From an uncultured bacterium (GTDB taxonomy: Bacteria > Zixibacteria > MSB-5A5 > JAABVY01 > JAHJOQ01), in contig CBDUQR010000001.1 of the NCBI GenBank assembly GCA_965369655.1, positions 96,001 to 160,000 on the forward strand: 64,000 nt of DNA, written 5' to 3'. The notes beneath the pieces are model-generated. The model searched no databases, was not told the DNA's origin, and saw only the letters and a list, made by a program, of their open reading frames with translations. This document shows, piece after piece, positions 16,220-25,724 of the stretch. A program made the position numbers and the translations under genes. Position 1 is the first letter of the stretch; each line of letters opens with the position of its first letter.

Positions 16220-18003
16220 TGGATTTCATCGTGTGCAAGGTACGGAGTCAGACAGTCACCATTCTGATGGCATTGTTCGCACTGATTGCAGCCGGTACGC
16301 CGGTCTCACTTGGCTTGGACCTCCCGGCTCAGATTGAGCATGCCGAATCGCTGTTTCGCTCCGGAGACTACGGCAAGGCAGCAGAGGTATTCGCCGAGAT
16401 CGCTGCTCTCAGCCCGAGTTACGAGGGACTTCCCGCGCTGCTTCTGAAAGAAGCAAGAGCCAGATATTACGCCCGGCAATATGCCAGGTCCGAAAATGTC
16501 CTCCAGCGCTTGATATCAGAATTCAGAGATTCTCCATATGTTTCCTCCAGTTACTATTTCCTTGCCAGGATCGATTTCGACAGATCCGACTACCGGCGAG
16601 CGACGGCGAACTTCGTCTCGGCCCATCATTATGCGTCGGGCAGAAGGCTGAAAGATATTTGCCGGGCAAATGTTGTCAATATGCTGGTCGGCTATCTCTC
16701 GTATGCGGAGCAGAAATCAATTCTGTCGGCGTGCCACCGACTCGACAAGAGACTGTTCAGCAGCGCAATATATGATGCCTCGATGAGATTCAGCGAACTC
16801 GGTCTGGATACGCAGGCCGAAAGGATGCTTGACATCTACGCCGCATTCGAGCGGGATGGTGATCCGCGATTCGAAACGCTCCGGAATGAACTGCGGTCAG
16901 GATTGCCGCGCTCGATCGACATAGCGCTGCTATTCCCCCTTTCCGGCGAACTTGCAGCTTACGGGAGACAGATGAATTCAGCCGTTGAGCTGGCTGTCGA
17001 GGCATACGACGATGTGACAATCAATTTGAAGACGTACGATACGTTCGGTAACTCGATAGTCGCAGCGCAGCTTGCGCAGCGAGCCACAGCCGAGGGTGTG
17101 TCGGTCGTGCTCGGTCCGCTGACCTCGCAGGAGGCTGTCGGAGCCGTACCGTATTCCGACTTCTGGTCCGTCCCGATGGTCCTTCCTGTCGCGTCCGAAA
17201 AAGGTCTGACATCCATATCGAAGATGACATATCAGCTCTCGCCCACTCCTGAGGCCATGGGAGAAAGACTCGCGGAGGCAGCCATAGAGGAACTCGGACT
17301 CGATTCCGTCGCGATTCTCGCTCCGAATGACGGCTACGGCAGACAGATGACGGATGGTTTCAAGCGAGTGATGAAGAAGAATCAAGTAGATATCTTTAGT
17401 GAAGTCTACTATCCGCGCGGCGCGACCGACTACCGGAGATTCATGCTGGACCTGAAGAAGACAGTGTTGCCGGATACTTTCGACCCCAGGATCTTCCTCG
17501 ATGAGGAGGGTGATACACTTGAACTCGAAGAGATCGATGTTCAGATACCGGCAATCTTTATTCCCGCTTTTGCTGAAGAACTGCGTTACATTATCCCGCA
17601 ATTGCGCTTCTATCGCATTGGGTCAATCCTTCTCGGAGGCGAGGACCTCGGGAACGATGAAGTTCTGTCGCTGAAAGCTACTAAACTTTTCCCATCGATG
17701 TTCGTGTCGCACACGACTTTCACGCCATCTGACACGGCATGGATCAAGTTCGAGTATCTGTTCAGACAAAAGAACGGCCGAGAACCCACTTCCGTTGCCG
17801 GCATGACGTACGACGCAGTCTGCATGACGCTCGAAGCCGCTGCGCTCGGCGGGTTCACTGCCGACGGAATCGTGCGCGGCTGGGAGCGGCTCGGTCGCTA
17901 CGATGGCGTTACCGGTCCGTTTGAATTCAATGATCAGCGCGAGAATGTGGCGGCGCCGGTCTATTTCCTGCTTGATGGACAGATCGAGAAATGGCTGCAC
18001 TGA
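16219..18003 (+). CDS. TPR + periplasmic-binding-protein type 1 (LpoA/LppC-like) exported protein
   Basis: N-terminal TPRs; 'IALLFPLSG..A.YG', 'VLGPL', 'YDGVTG.F.F'. Confidence 0.8.
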   Translation: MDFIVCKVRSQTVTILMALFALIAAGTPVSLGLDLPAQIEHAESLFRSGDYGKAAEVFAEIAALSPSYEGLPALLLKEARARYYARQYARSENVLQRLISEFRDSPYVSSSYYFLARIDFDRSDYRRATANFVSAHHYASGRRLKDICRANVVNMLVGYLSYAEQKSILSACHRLDKRLFSSAIYDASMRFSELGLDTQAERMLDIYAAFERDGDPRFETLRNELRSGLPRSIDIALLFPLSGELAAYGRQMNSAVELAVEAYDDVTINLKTYDTFGNSIVAAQLAQRATAEGVSVVLGPLTSQEAVGAVPYSDFWSVPMVLPVASEKGLTSISKMTYQLSPTPEAMGERLAEAAIEELGLDSVAILAPNDGYGRQMTDGFKRVMKKNQVDIFSEVYYPRGATDYRRFMLDLKKTVLPDTFDPRIFLDEEGDTLELEEIDVQIPAIFIPAFAEELRYIIPQLRFYRIGSILLGGEDLGNDEVLSLKATKLFPSMFVSHTTFTPSDTAWIKFEYLFRQKNGREPTSVAGMTYDAVCMTLEAAALGGFTADGIVRGWERLGRYDGVTGPFEFNDQRENVAAPVYFLLDGQIEKWLH

Positions 18004-18836
18004 CCGCCGACCTTCGGCGCAAATATGATTCCCTGATCGAATTGATCTCCACTCTCGAAAGGGTGGTAGTCGCCTTCTCCGGAGGACTCGATTCCGCATT
18101 CGTCCTGTACGCATCGCTTCAATCGCTCGGATCGGACAATGTGCTGGCGGTGACAGGCGATTCACCGAGTCTCGCACGATTCGAGAAAGAGTGCGCTGCG
18201 CGATTTATGCGCTCGCTCAATATTCGCAAACGTCACCTGATTATCGACACCAACGAGATGCAGGATGAAGGCTATATAGCTAATACAATCGATCGCTGTT
18301 TCTACTGCAAGAATGAGCTATATTCGAAACTCGTCGGTATAGCGAATCAGGAGGGGTTCAGTTGTGTGGTCGATGGCTGTAACGCCTCTGACATCGGCGA
18401 TCACAGACCTGGAAGACGGGCTGCCGAGAAATTCTCGGTGAGAAGTCCGTTACTTGAAGTCGGACTGCATAAACCCGAGATCAGAGAGATCGCCCGGCAT
18501 GAGGGTCTCGAAATATGGGACAAGCCCCAGACCGCCTGCCTCGCATCAAGAATTCCATACGGAGAGATTGTGACAGCCGATAAACTATCGATGATCGAAA
18601 AAGCTGAGGCGTTTCTCCGTGAGAACGGTTTCCGCCAGTTGCGGGTGCGCCACCACGGCAAATTAGCCAGAATCGAGCTTGAAGAGCAGGGCTTTGAGTT
18701 GATGACCGATGCTGCAATCAGGAAACGCATCGTCGATCGATTCAGAGATATTGGATTTACGTGGATATCCGTTGATCTCAAGCCCTTTGAAACAGGAAGC
18801 ATGAACATCTCAATAAAGGACTCAGAGAGTGACTGA
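17991..18836 (+). CDS. larE: ATP-dependent sulfur transferase LarE (PP-loop, TIGR00268-like)
   Basis: AFSGGLDS, RCFYCK, DHRPG, CLASRIPYG, RVRHHG. Confidence 0.92.
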   Translation: MAALTADLRRKYDSLIELISTLERVVVAFSGGLDSAFVLYASLQSLGSDNVLAVTGDSPSLARFEKECAARFMRSLNIRKRHLIIDTNEMQDEGYIANTIDRCFYCKNELYSKLVGIANQEGFSCVVDGCNASDIGDHRPGRRAAEKFSVRSPLLEVGLHKPEIREIARHEGLEIWDKPQTACLASRIPYGEIVTADKLSMIEKAEAFLRENGFRQLRVRHHGKLARIELEEQGFELMTDAAIRKRIVDRFRDIGFTWISVDLKPFETGSMNISIKDSESD

Positions 18837-19071
18837 CAATGAAAAGGAGAAGCGCGTCGCGCTGAAGATGGTTATTGACGGCGAAATCCGCGAGATTTCG
18901 TTCGAAGAGCTGGCTCTCTCGAACAACATGGCTCAGGAGGCGCTCGTCAGACTGATGGTGCGTAAGAAAATAATCGAACCGCGCGAATTCATGGAGGAGA
19001 TGAACGCCGTCCAGAAAGAAAGGTACCGTTCAGGCGACCCGTCTGACGAAGGCCAGACCCCCAACGCGTGA
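18829..19071 (+). CDS. Conserved small hypothetical protein (80 aa)
   Basis: Coupled to larE; 'SFEELALSN...EALVRL..RKKII...EF.EE' amphipathic pattern. Confidence 0.7.
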   Translation: MTDNEKEKRVALKMVIDGEIREISFEELALSNNMAQEALVRLMVRKKIIEPREFMEEMNAVQKERYRSGDPSDEGQTPNA

Positions 19072-19106
19072 ACCAGACGACGAATATGATCAGACCAGGA
19101 GAGGGA

Positions 19107-19144
19107 ATGTTGAAGGAATCATTTCGGACACATACCTGCGGGAT
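19107..19144 (+). pseudogene. aspS: 5' stub resembling the aspartyl-tRNA synthetase N-terminus (MLKESFRTHTCG)
   Basis: SD GGAGAGG; RTHTCG is the typical AspRS start motif; frame runs straight into a REP at 19145. Confidence 0.5.
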
Positions 19145-19243
19145 CGTCATCACGAGGAGCGGTAGCGACGTGGCGATCTCAGGCTCCAGTACTGTGGGTG
19201 GCAGACGTCCTTGCAGAGTCCTGAGCCTCGAAGAGTCTGCCCC
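19145..19243. repeat. REP cluster (CGTC-type unit plus GGCAGACG/GTCCTGAG unit)
   Basis: CGTCATCACGAGGAGCGGTAGCGACGTGGCGATCTC matches copies at 12798, 25513, 57614 and 59585-59683. Confidence 0.8.
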
Positions 19244-19270
19244 ATTTTCGCTTGCATCGGCAGATGTCCA

Positions 19271-19469
19271 GAGGCTGTCCCCAAAGTGCCACTCAACTTG
19301 AGCGGAAAGCTGACCCTGTCGCTCCCGCGAAGGCGGGAGCCTATTTAACGATTACCCATTCAATAGATTCCCGTAATATCCTGAGCACAGCGAAGGGCCT
19401 GTGCGGGAATGACCTCGCTTTCTTTCGCAAGCATGAACACCAACCTATCAGACCTTTTGGGACAGCCTC
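19271..19469. mobile_element. MITE copy 2 (TIR GAGGCTGTCCCCAAA / TTTTGGGACAGCCTC), TCCA direct duplication
   Basis: Flanked by TCGGCAGATG-TCCA and TCCA-CATCTGCCGA; interior CTCCCGCGAAGGCGGGAG...GCGGGAATGAC REP. Confidence 0.8.
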
Positions 19470-19586
19470 TCCACATCTGCCGATGCACAGAATTCGGTAA
19501 TGTTTAGTGTGGGGCAACTCGCCTTTTTCAATCTGCAGCAACAGATGATTTGACAGGTCATTGATGGTCTGTATATTGATGACCTT

Positions 19587-21788
19587 ATGGCGCCACTGAT
19601 CGACAGGATGCGGACGGAACTGAACGATAGGCAGTTTGAAGCCGCAACTACGGTAGATGGTCCGCTTCTTATCCTTGCCGGAGCCGGTTCTGGCAAGACG
19701 CGGGTTCTGACCTATCGTGCCGCTTATCTTGTGTCCGACCGTGCCGTATCTCCCTTCAATATCCTGGCCGTGACTTTTACGAACAAAGCTGCCAGCGAGA
19801 TGAAAGAACGGATGGAGACGCTTGTCGGTCAGGCGGTGAGAGATATGCAGGTGTCAACCTTTCATTCGTTCTGTGTCAGGATACTCCGGCGATACGGCGA
19901 CAGGTGCGGGCTTCCTCGCGATTTCTCGATATACGATCAGGAAGATTCCCTGAATCTGATACGGCACTGCATGGAGGATCTGCTCATATCGCCGAAGTCG
20001 CATCCACCGAAAGTGATCCGTGAGTTTATTTCATCCGCAAAGGACAAACTGATAGGACCCGATCAGTACGCCGAATCAGCGAAGGCGTATTTCAACAAGG
20101 TAGTGGCCAATGTATATGAATCGTATCAACGGCGGTTGGAAGTTGCCGCTGCGCTCGATTTCGACGATCTGCTCTGCAAGGCGGTCAGATTGCTTCTGGA
20201 TCATCCGGAACTGCTCGAACAGATGCAGAATAGCTACAGATATATCATGGTCGATGAGTATCAGGACACGAATCATGTGCAGTATCTGCTCGTGAAAAAC
20301 CTCGCAGCACGCGACCGGAATATTTGCGTGGTCGGCGATGACGATCAGTCGATATACGGATGGCGCGGCGCGGAGATCAGAAACATCCTCGAATTCGAAA
20401 AGGACTTTCCGGGTTGCAGCGTGGTCAAGCTCGAACAAAACTACAGATCGACTAAGACCATACTCAAGGCTGCATCTAGCGTCGTCGGGAACAACCAATC
20501 CCGGAAATCGAAGACTTTGTTTTCCGAGGGTGACGAGGGCGACAAGATCACTCTGCTGGTTGCAGACAATGATCGCGGCGAAGCGGAGATGGTCGCCGAC
20601 AAGATCGAAGGATTAATCTCTGCTGATCGATTCGGTCGCAGGGAGATAGCGATTCTCTACAGGACTAACGCGCAGTCCCGCGCACTCGAAGAGACGCTCA
20701 AGAACCGTTTCATACCTTACACGATTGTCGGCGGGCTGAGATTCTACCAGCGCAAAGAAATCAAGGATGTGATGGCGTATCTCAAGGTGATGACCAACCC
20801 TCACGATCTGATTTCACTCAGGCGCATAGTCAACACGCCCCCACGCGGTCTCGGCAAAGTTGCGCTCGCGAAAATCGAGAACATAGCGGTCAAAAAGAAG
20901 GTCGGGCCGATTCAATTGATACTGGATGACGACGATTATCTGTTCCTGCCAGGCAGGGCGAGAACCGGCTTGCGCCAGTTTGCAGTTATTCTGAGAACTC
21001 TCGTGACCGCAAAGGACGAAAAGGATCCAGTCGAATTGGTGAAGACTGTCATAGAGCATAGTGAAATACTGCGCGAGATCGACAATGGTGACGCCATTGA
21101 AGCAGAATCGCGGCGAGAAAACCTTGATGAACTGGTGGCGGCGGTCGATGAATTCTGCCAGCGCAACGAGGATGCGACTATCGAATCGTTCCTCGAAGAG
21201 GTATCGCTCTACACCGACATAGACCAGTGGGACAACTCCATCGATTCCGTTACGCTGATGACGCTGCATTCCGCCAAGGGACTCGAATTCCCCGCTGTAT
21301 TCATCACCGGACTCGAGGAAGGTCTGTTTCCATTGGCGAAGTCGCTCGAAAGCGATGCGGAACTCGAGGAGGAGCGCAGGCTTTTCTATGTCGGCATTAC
21401 CCGCGCCGAGAAGCTGCTGTTTATCGCGCACGCGAAAACGCGTCGGCGGTTCGGCGACATGCTCACGCTCGAATCGCGTTTCATATCGGAGCTGCCCGCC
21501 GATGTCGTCGAGATTGAGGAGAAGCTCTACACGCCTCGCGCTGTGTCGCATCGTTCATACCTGTCCAGCGAATCAAAGGTGACATCGTTCGATTCGGACA
21601 CGGTTGATCCTGACGATACATACAGCTATCTGGAGGTCGGTCGATGGGTCACGCATCCAACCTGGGGAGACGGCAGGATTATCGCACGGCGCGGTACATC
21701 AGACTCGACCGAGATCGACGTCATGTTTGAATATGTAGGCCGCAAGAAACTACTCGCCCAATATGCGAACTTGCAGGTGAAAGAGTAA
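19587..21788 (+). CDS. pcrA: ATP-dependent DNA helicase PcrA/UvrD
   Basis: AGAGSGKT, VDEYQD, VGDDDQSIY, LEQNYRS, TLHSAKGLEF, EERRLFYVGITRA; C-terminal Tudor-like domain; TTGACA-16-TATATT upstream. Confidence 0.95.
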   Translation: MAPLIDRMRTELNDRQFEAATTVDGPLLILAGAGSGKTRVLTYRAAYLVSDRAVSPFNILAVTFTNKAASEMKERMETLVGQAVRDMQVSTFHSFCVRILRRYGDRCGLPRDFSIYDQEDSLNLIRHCMEDLLISPKSHPPKVIREFISSAKDKLIGPDQYAESAKAYFNKVVANVYESYQRRLEVAAALDFDDLLCKAVRLLLDHPELLEQMQNSYRYIMVDEYQDTNHVQYLLVKNLAARDRNICVVGDDDQSIYGWRGAEIRNILEFEKDFPGCSVVKLEQNYRSTKTILKAASSVVGNNQSRKSKTLFSEGDEGDKITLLVADNDRGEAEMVADKIEGLISADRFGRREIAILYRTNAQSRALEETLKNRFIPYTIVGGLRFYQRKEIKDVMAYLKVMTNPHDLISLRRIVNTPPRGLGKVALAKIENIAVKKKVGPIQLILDDDDYLFLPGRARTGLRQFAVILRTLVTAKDEKDPVELVKTVIEHSEILREIDNGDAIEAESRRENLDELVAAVDEFCQRNEDATIESFLEEVSLYTDIDQWDNSIDSVTLMTLHSAKGLEFPAVFITGLEEGLFPLAKSLESDAELEEERRLFYVGITRAEKLLFIAHAKTRRRFGDMLTLESRFISELPADVVEIEEKLYTPRAVSHRSYLSSESKVTSFDSDTVDPDDTYSYLEVGRWVTHPTWGDGRIIARRGTSDSTEIDVMFEYVGRKKLLAQYANLQVKE

Positions 21789-22195
21789 TTGGCAAGGACC
21801 ACTGTGCGTCCAGAGAAGATACAGTGAATAGGCATACAAGATCGGCGAAGGTGATATCCCGTTCAGTTTGGAGAGAGAACACTCTCGGCAATGCTCAGAG
21901 GATATTCGGATTGGTTGAATCCAAACCCTTTAGCTCGGCCAGATCAGGATGAACCCTATACCTCAGCACGCCGTCAATTGCAGTGGTATGTTCTGCTACA
22001 GCTTTGTATTCAGTTATCAATCGATCAAGAGCTGAAGGAACTCGCATCGTCCGTTCGACGATTGAACATCCTTTCCTCGGCGACATCCACACGATTTCCT
22101 CCCGGTACCTCCCCTGCGAAGGAGAAACACATGGATAACGGTAATCATCTCCCAATGGAACCCAACGAGGTCGTACCGTGGGTGGCAGATGTCCA

Positions 22196-22396
22196 GAGGT
22201 TGTCCCATAAGGTAGTTTCGACGGGTCTTGGCGACGACGGAGTCGTCGGTGTGACCTGACGATCTTCTGTAAGCTGTTGCCAGGCATTGCTTCCATTTTC
22301 CGGCAGTTCATCGGTCGCTGATCCCGATCCCTGAGGGACACGTCCGCCTTCGGCGGACGCAAGAACAGCCGGAATGGATGCTTTTGGGACAGCCTC
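22196..22396. mobile_element. MITE copy 3 (TIR GAGGTTGTCCCATAA / TTTTGGGACAGCCTC), TCCA direct duplication
   Basis: Flanked by GGCAGATG-TCCA and TCCA-CATCTGCC; interior nearly identical in parts to 38318-38450. Confidence 0.8.
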
Positions 22397-22469
22397 TCCA
22401 CATCTGCCAAAATTGTCAATCCGAATTCGATTCAGAGCATGGAATTCAATTGGTCTGTCTCGGAAGGTG

Positions 22470-23288
22470 TTATTCACTGTAAGCTGTAGCATCGTAGTGA
22501 TTATAATGGTCTTGATTTACCAGCTTGGATTTCTTAAGTAACTGAAAAAGCCCGAACTTCTCAACATAAGCCTTCAATTCTCTGTAGTTAGGTGTAAGGC
22601 AATAATAGAATATCATGTATTTCTCATCATCAGAAATCTGCGCTCTAACGAGAGTTGCGTAGAACTCCTTGTCGACAATGCTACTCCGATCAACAAACCA
22701 CAATAGATGATAAAGGGTCTTGAAGTAATTGGATATGTCAAGCGGAAACCCACTCGAGAATTGGTTATGAGCTATCTCCAGAAGTTTCGTATCATCTGAG
22801 ATTGAGGGTCCCATTTTTCGTACTGTATCATCATATTTCCATCGAAAACGACTGTACCATTTGTTGAAACAAGCCTTTCCTTTCAAGCCCTCACTTCGAT
22901 CCTCCAAATTCCGAACCAACTCATTAAACAAATCCATCAATTGAAAAAAAGTGTTCTCGAACTGCTGAAGACTAAGGGTTCTATTCTGCAACTGCATTTG
23001 CTCTCTTTGACCCTGAATCTCATTTCGTGTTAGCTTGAGTTCTTTCCGCTGCAAATGTAGATCTTGTCTCTGTAGATATATGGCGTAAATGAAGCCAGCA
23101 AATGCAAGTGCGGTGAAGAGCGCATTCGCTGCACCAAACATGTCCCCGAACTGGCCTCTATACGGCCAATCTTCGGGCATAAAATGAATAACTGCCACCC
23201 AGTTGCTGAGCCAGATTAGGATTGCTACGACAAGCAATAGTGGTAGCAGCCACCTCTTTTCATTCTTCAACTCATCCTGGCTATCCAT
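22470..23288 (-). CDS. Putative phage abortive infection protein (putAbiC-like), 2 N-terminal TMs
   Basis: 'GQFGDMFG', coiled coil, 'QQFENTFFQL', 'YFKTLYHLL.FVD', 'LVRAQISDDE'; AT-rich. Confidence 0.8.
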   Translation of the reverse strand: MDSQDELKNEKRWLLPLLLVVAILIWLSNWVAVIHFMPEDWPYRGQFGDMFGAANALFTALAFAGFIYAIYLQRQDLHLQRKELKLTRNEIQGQREQMQLQNRTLSLQQFENTFFQLMDLFNELVRNLEDRSEGLKGKACFNKWYSRFRWKYDDTVRKMGPSISDDTKLLEIAHNQFSSGFPLDISNYFKTLYHLLWFVDRSSIVDKEFYATLVRAQISDDEKYMIFYYCLTPNYRELKAYVEKFGLFQLLKKSKLVNQDHYNHYDATAYSE

Positions 23289-23327
23289 GACAATCTCCTA
23301 TCCAGTATTGAAGTCTTTTGCTGTGAG

Positions 23328-23349
23328 CGGCAGATGTGGACATCTGCCG
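23328..23349. repeat. Uninterrupted MITE target palindrome CGGCAGATG-TGGA-CATCTGCCG
   Basis: Same arms as those flanking the three MITE copies, with a single TGGA. Confidence 0.8.
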
Positions 23350-23364
23350 TGCACAGGGCAGAAT

Positions 23365-25395
23365 CTATCTACCTGCGGCGGATGTATCAGGCCACTCGCA
23401 ATCATAGCCGACGCCCATCTCGACTTCGACCGGATGTTCCGTGTTGGTGCCATACTGCCGCCAGAGCTTGTTGTTGCTGGTGAAGTCATATTTTACAGGA
23501 TATGTATCGTCTCCGCCAGTGTCGAGGAACAATCCGAGACACATGATATGATCGCGCAGTCCACCCCTCTTCCCTGCAACATTTGATCTGCCGAGTGTCG
23601 TAGCTGCGGTGACTCGATATATGTCGTCGCCCGACTTGTCCCAGAAAATACCGATGCCGTTCGCATTGCCACCACCGAGAGAGAGATTCGGCGCGTCATA
23701 GACGTCGTTGCCCTCGCAATCGATCAGTGTGCCGAGCGTAAAATCATGCCCCGCACCCTGCGCCATATTTTTAGTCGCCGTATAATGATCGTCGCCGGTG
23801 CTGTCGATCAGGATGCCGAGTCCGAAATGCGCGCCCGATCCCTGGACATACCACACACCGCGGTACTCGTCGTCGCCCTTGTCATCGGCGAGGATTCCAA
23901 TCGCGTACCAGTAGGCGCATCCCTGTGCAAACAACCCTGCGGAATACTTGTCGTTTCCTTCGGCATCGACCAGCATCCCGATGCCTCCGGCCCAGGAGTG
24001 CCCGTCGATGTAGTCGCCCCGTTTGCCAAATCCGACACCCTGCGCGAGATTCGAGTTGTAGTCTTTCGTCTGCGAGGCTGGGAACACGATATCAAGCGTG
24101 TCGGCATGGTAATCGTCGTCACCCTTCATATCGATCAGCATCCCCATGCCTTTCGTGAATCCGAATCCCTGCCCAAGCAGATACATATGGTAAGAATCAT
24201 TGCCATCAAGGTCCGAGAGGATTCCGATACCGAATTGTCCCGCACCCTGCGCGCAGATGAACCCATCGTACGAATCTGTCCCTGCCTTGTCGAGCAATGC
24301 GCCGACGCCGAAAAGCCCGACACCACCGGTCATATTGCGGCCGGAGTATATGTCGTTGCCATCGACATCCACAAGAAACGCATATCCGAACAGACCTGCG
24401 CCAAACGATGGTATCCCCTCACCGCTCGACTCGTATGTGTCGTCGCCACCCAGATCGATCAGGATCGATATCCAGTTCTCGATCGATCTGTTGGCGCCAC
24501 CGCCTTCGTAGCAGTCATCGCCGCCAACATCGATTATGAGATAATACTCGTCGTCAGGGTAGTTCTGATCGGACCCATCGTTAATGACAATCCTTCCGAG
24601 CGGTGTATCGTACTCGAAGGAGAAACTGTCGTCGAACGTCACCGCCGCGAGCGAATCTGCGGCATAATCGACAGCGCGCGCAAGATCCTGAACATGGGTA
24701 TAGAGATATTTGAAATCAACAAGCGACGCGAACTCCTCGAGCGTGAAATCGATAATATCATCATCCGAAGCGAGCAGCAACTGCGCCCTGCCGTACATCT
24801 CAGAGAGATCATACTTCTCGGCAGCCTTCTCGAACGCTCGCGCGTGGTAGTGCAGGGAATCGACAGATGCGTAGATCAGGAGCGCGGCAATTAGCTGCAA
24901 TTCATCAGGCAGGGTCGATACGCTTTGTTCGAGTGACACGATTTCATCTTCGGAAAGCGATCCGTTTCCTGTCGATTCAATCAGTCTCTCGATAGCGTTT
25001 GCGAGCGCGTATTGCTCAGCGATCAATGGATAGATTTCTTTCAGCGGATCCCCGATCAGGCCGCGTCGCACGCTTTCATCGAGTCTGCTCGACGCGAATC
25101 CGATCAGGTTCTGCAGCCGACCCGCGTTGCGCTTGACGCTTGCTTTGTAGATGTTCGTGTAATGTTCGATCTTGAAGAAGTCAGAGTGCAGCGTGTAGAA
25201 CAGCGGCAGCACGAACCTGTCGCCGCCGTAGTTGGCCATGTCGCCGTAATCAAATGTCATCGACTCCCGCGTAAGCCCGACTTCAGAGAGAGCCTCCTCG
25301 AATGGATCGATGGACGCCTCATTCGTTTCGTCTCCAGCGAAAAGAGCCGCACTCAGAATCAGCAGTATCGGCGCGAGTATTCTAAGACTGAACAT
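23365..25395 (-). CDS. Secreted protein with about 10 Gly-rich 'L.D..G.D.Y' repeats, function unknown
   Basis: SD GGGAGG, signal peptide, repeats such as ILIDLGGDDTY, LLDKAGTDSY, LSDLDGNDSY. Confidence 0.85.
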   Translation of the reverse strand: MFSLRILAPILLILSAALFAGDETNEASIDPFEEALSEVGLTRESMTFDYGDMANYGGDRFVLPLFYTLHSDFFKIEHYTNIYKASVKRNAGRLQNLIGFASSRLDESVRRGLIGDPLKEIYPLIAEQYALANAIERLIESTGNGSLSEDEIVSLEQSVSTLPDELQLIAALLIYASVDSLHYHARAFEKAAEKYDLSEMYGRAQLLLASDDDIIDFTLEEFASLVDFKYLYTHVQDLARAVDYAADSLAAVTFDDSFSFEYDTPLGRIVINDGSDQNYPDDEYYLIIDVGGDDCYEGGGANRSIENWISILIDLGGDDTYESSGEGIPSFGAGLFGYAFLVDVDGNDIYSGRNMTGGVGLFGVGALLDKAGTDSYDGFICAQGAGQFGIGILSDLDGNDSYHMYLLGQGFGFTKGMGMLIDMKGDDDYHADTLDIVFPASQTKDYNSNLAQGVGFGKRGDYIDGHSWAGGIGMLVDAEGNDKYSAGLFAQGCAYWYAIGILADDKGDDEYRGVWYVQGSGAHFGLGILIDSTGDDHYTATKNMAQGAGHDFTLGTLIDCEGNDVYDAPNLSLGGGNANGIGIFWDKSGDDIYRVTAATTLGRSNVAGKRGGLRDHIMCLGLFLDTGGDDTYPVKYDFTSNNKLWRQYGTNTEHPVEVEMGVGYDCEWPDTSAAGR

Positions 25396-25512
25396 ATTCC
25401 CTCCCGTTGTTGCGAATAGCAGACTCTACTCAACGGGATCGCCGAAGTCAAGCATTAACTCCGATTCCGATCCTGAAAGGCTTGCCAAATAAGTCCGAAA
25501 CCATCAAAGCAT

Positions 25513-25603
25513 TGTCATCGCGAGGAGCGAAAGCTACGTGGCGATCTCATTGTTTATAAAATCGCAAAAACACTGAGATTGCCACGCTTCGCTCGCAATG
25601 ACG
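25513..25603. repeat. CGTC-type REP inverted doublet
   Basis: TGTCATCGCGAGGAGCG..GTGGCGATCTCA ... TGAGATTGCCACGCTTCGCTCGCAATGACG. Confidence 0.8.
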
Positions 25604-25724
25604 ACAACAAGGTTATCTTTACAAGCTCTGAACAAACATATCTCTTATCGACCTGACATTTTCGCTTGCCGAAAACCGAGATTTGTTTATATTAGTTTGA
25701 TAATAATTTCACAAGGAGACCATT

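Noticed and set aside
19068-19500. ORFs 19068-19301 and 19252-19500 as genes
   Set aside because: Mostly translations of REP/MITE sequence; only the RTHTCG stub was kept.
21891-22419. ORFs downstream of pcrA, including a possible 65-aa minus ORF 21895-22092 with GGGAGG
   Set aside because: No recognisable motif; the longer versions run through a MITE; strand cannot be decided.
23746-24894. 382-aa plus-strand ORF
   Set aside because: Antisense shadow of the repeat protein gene.
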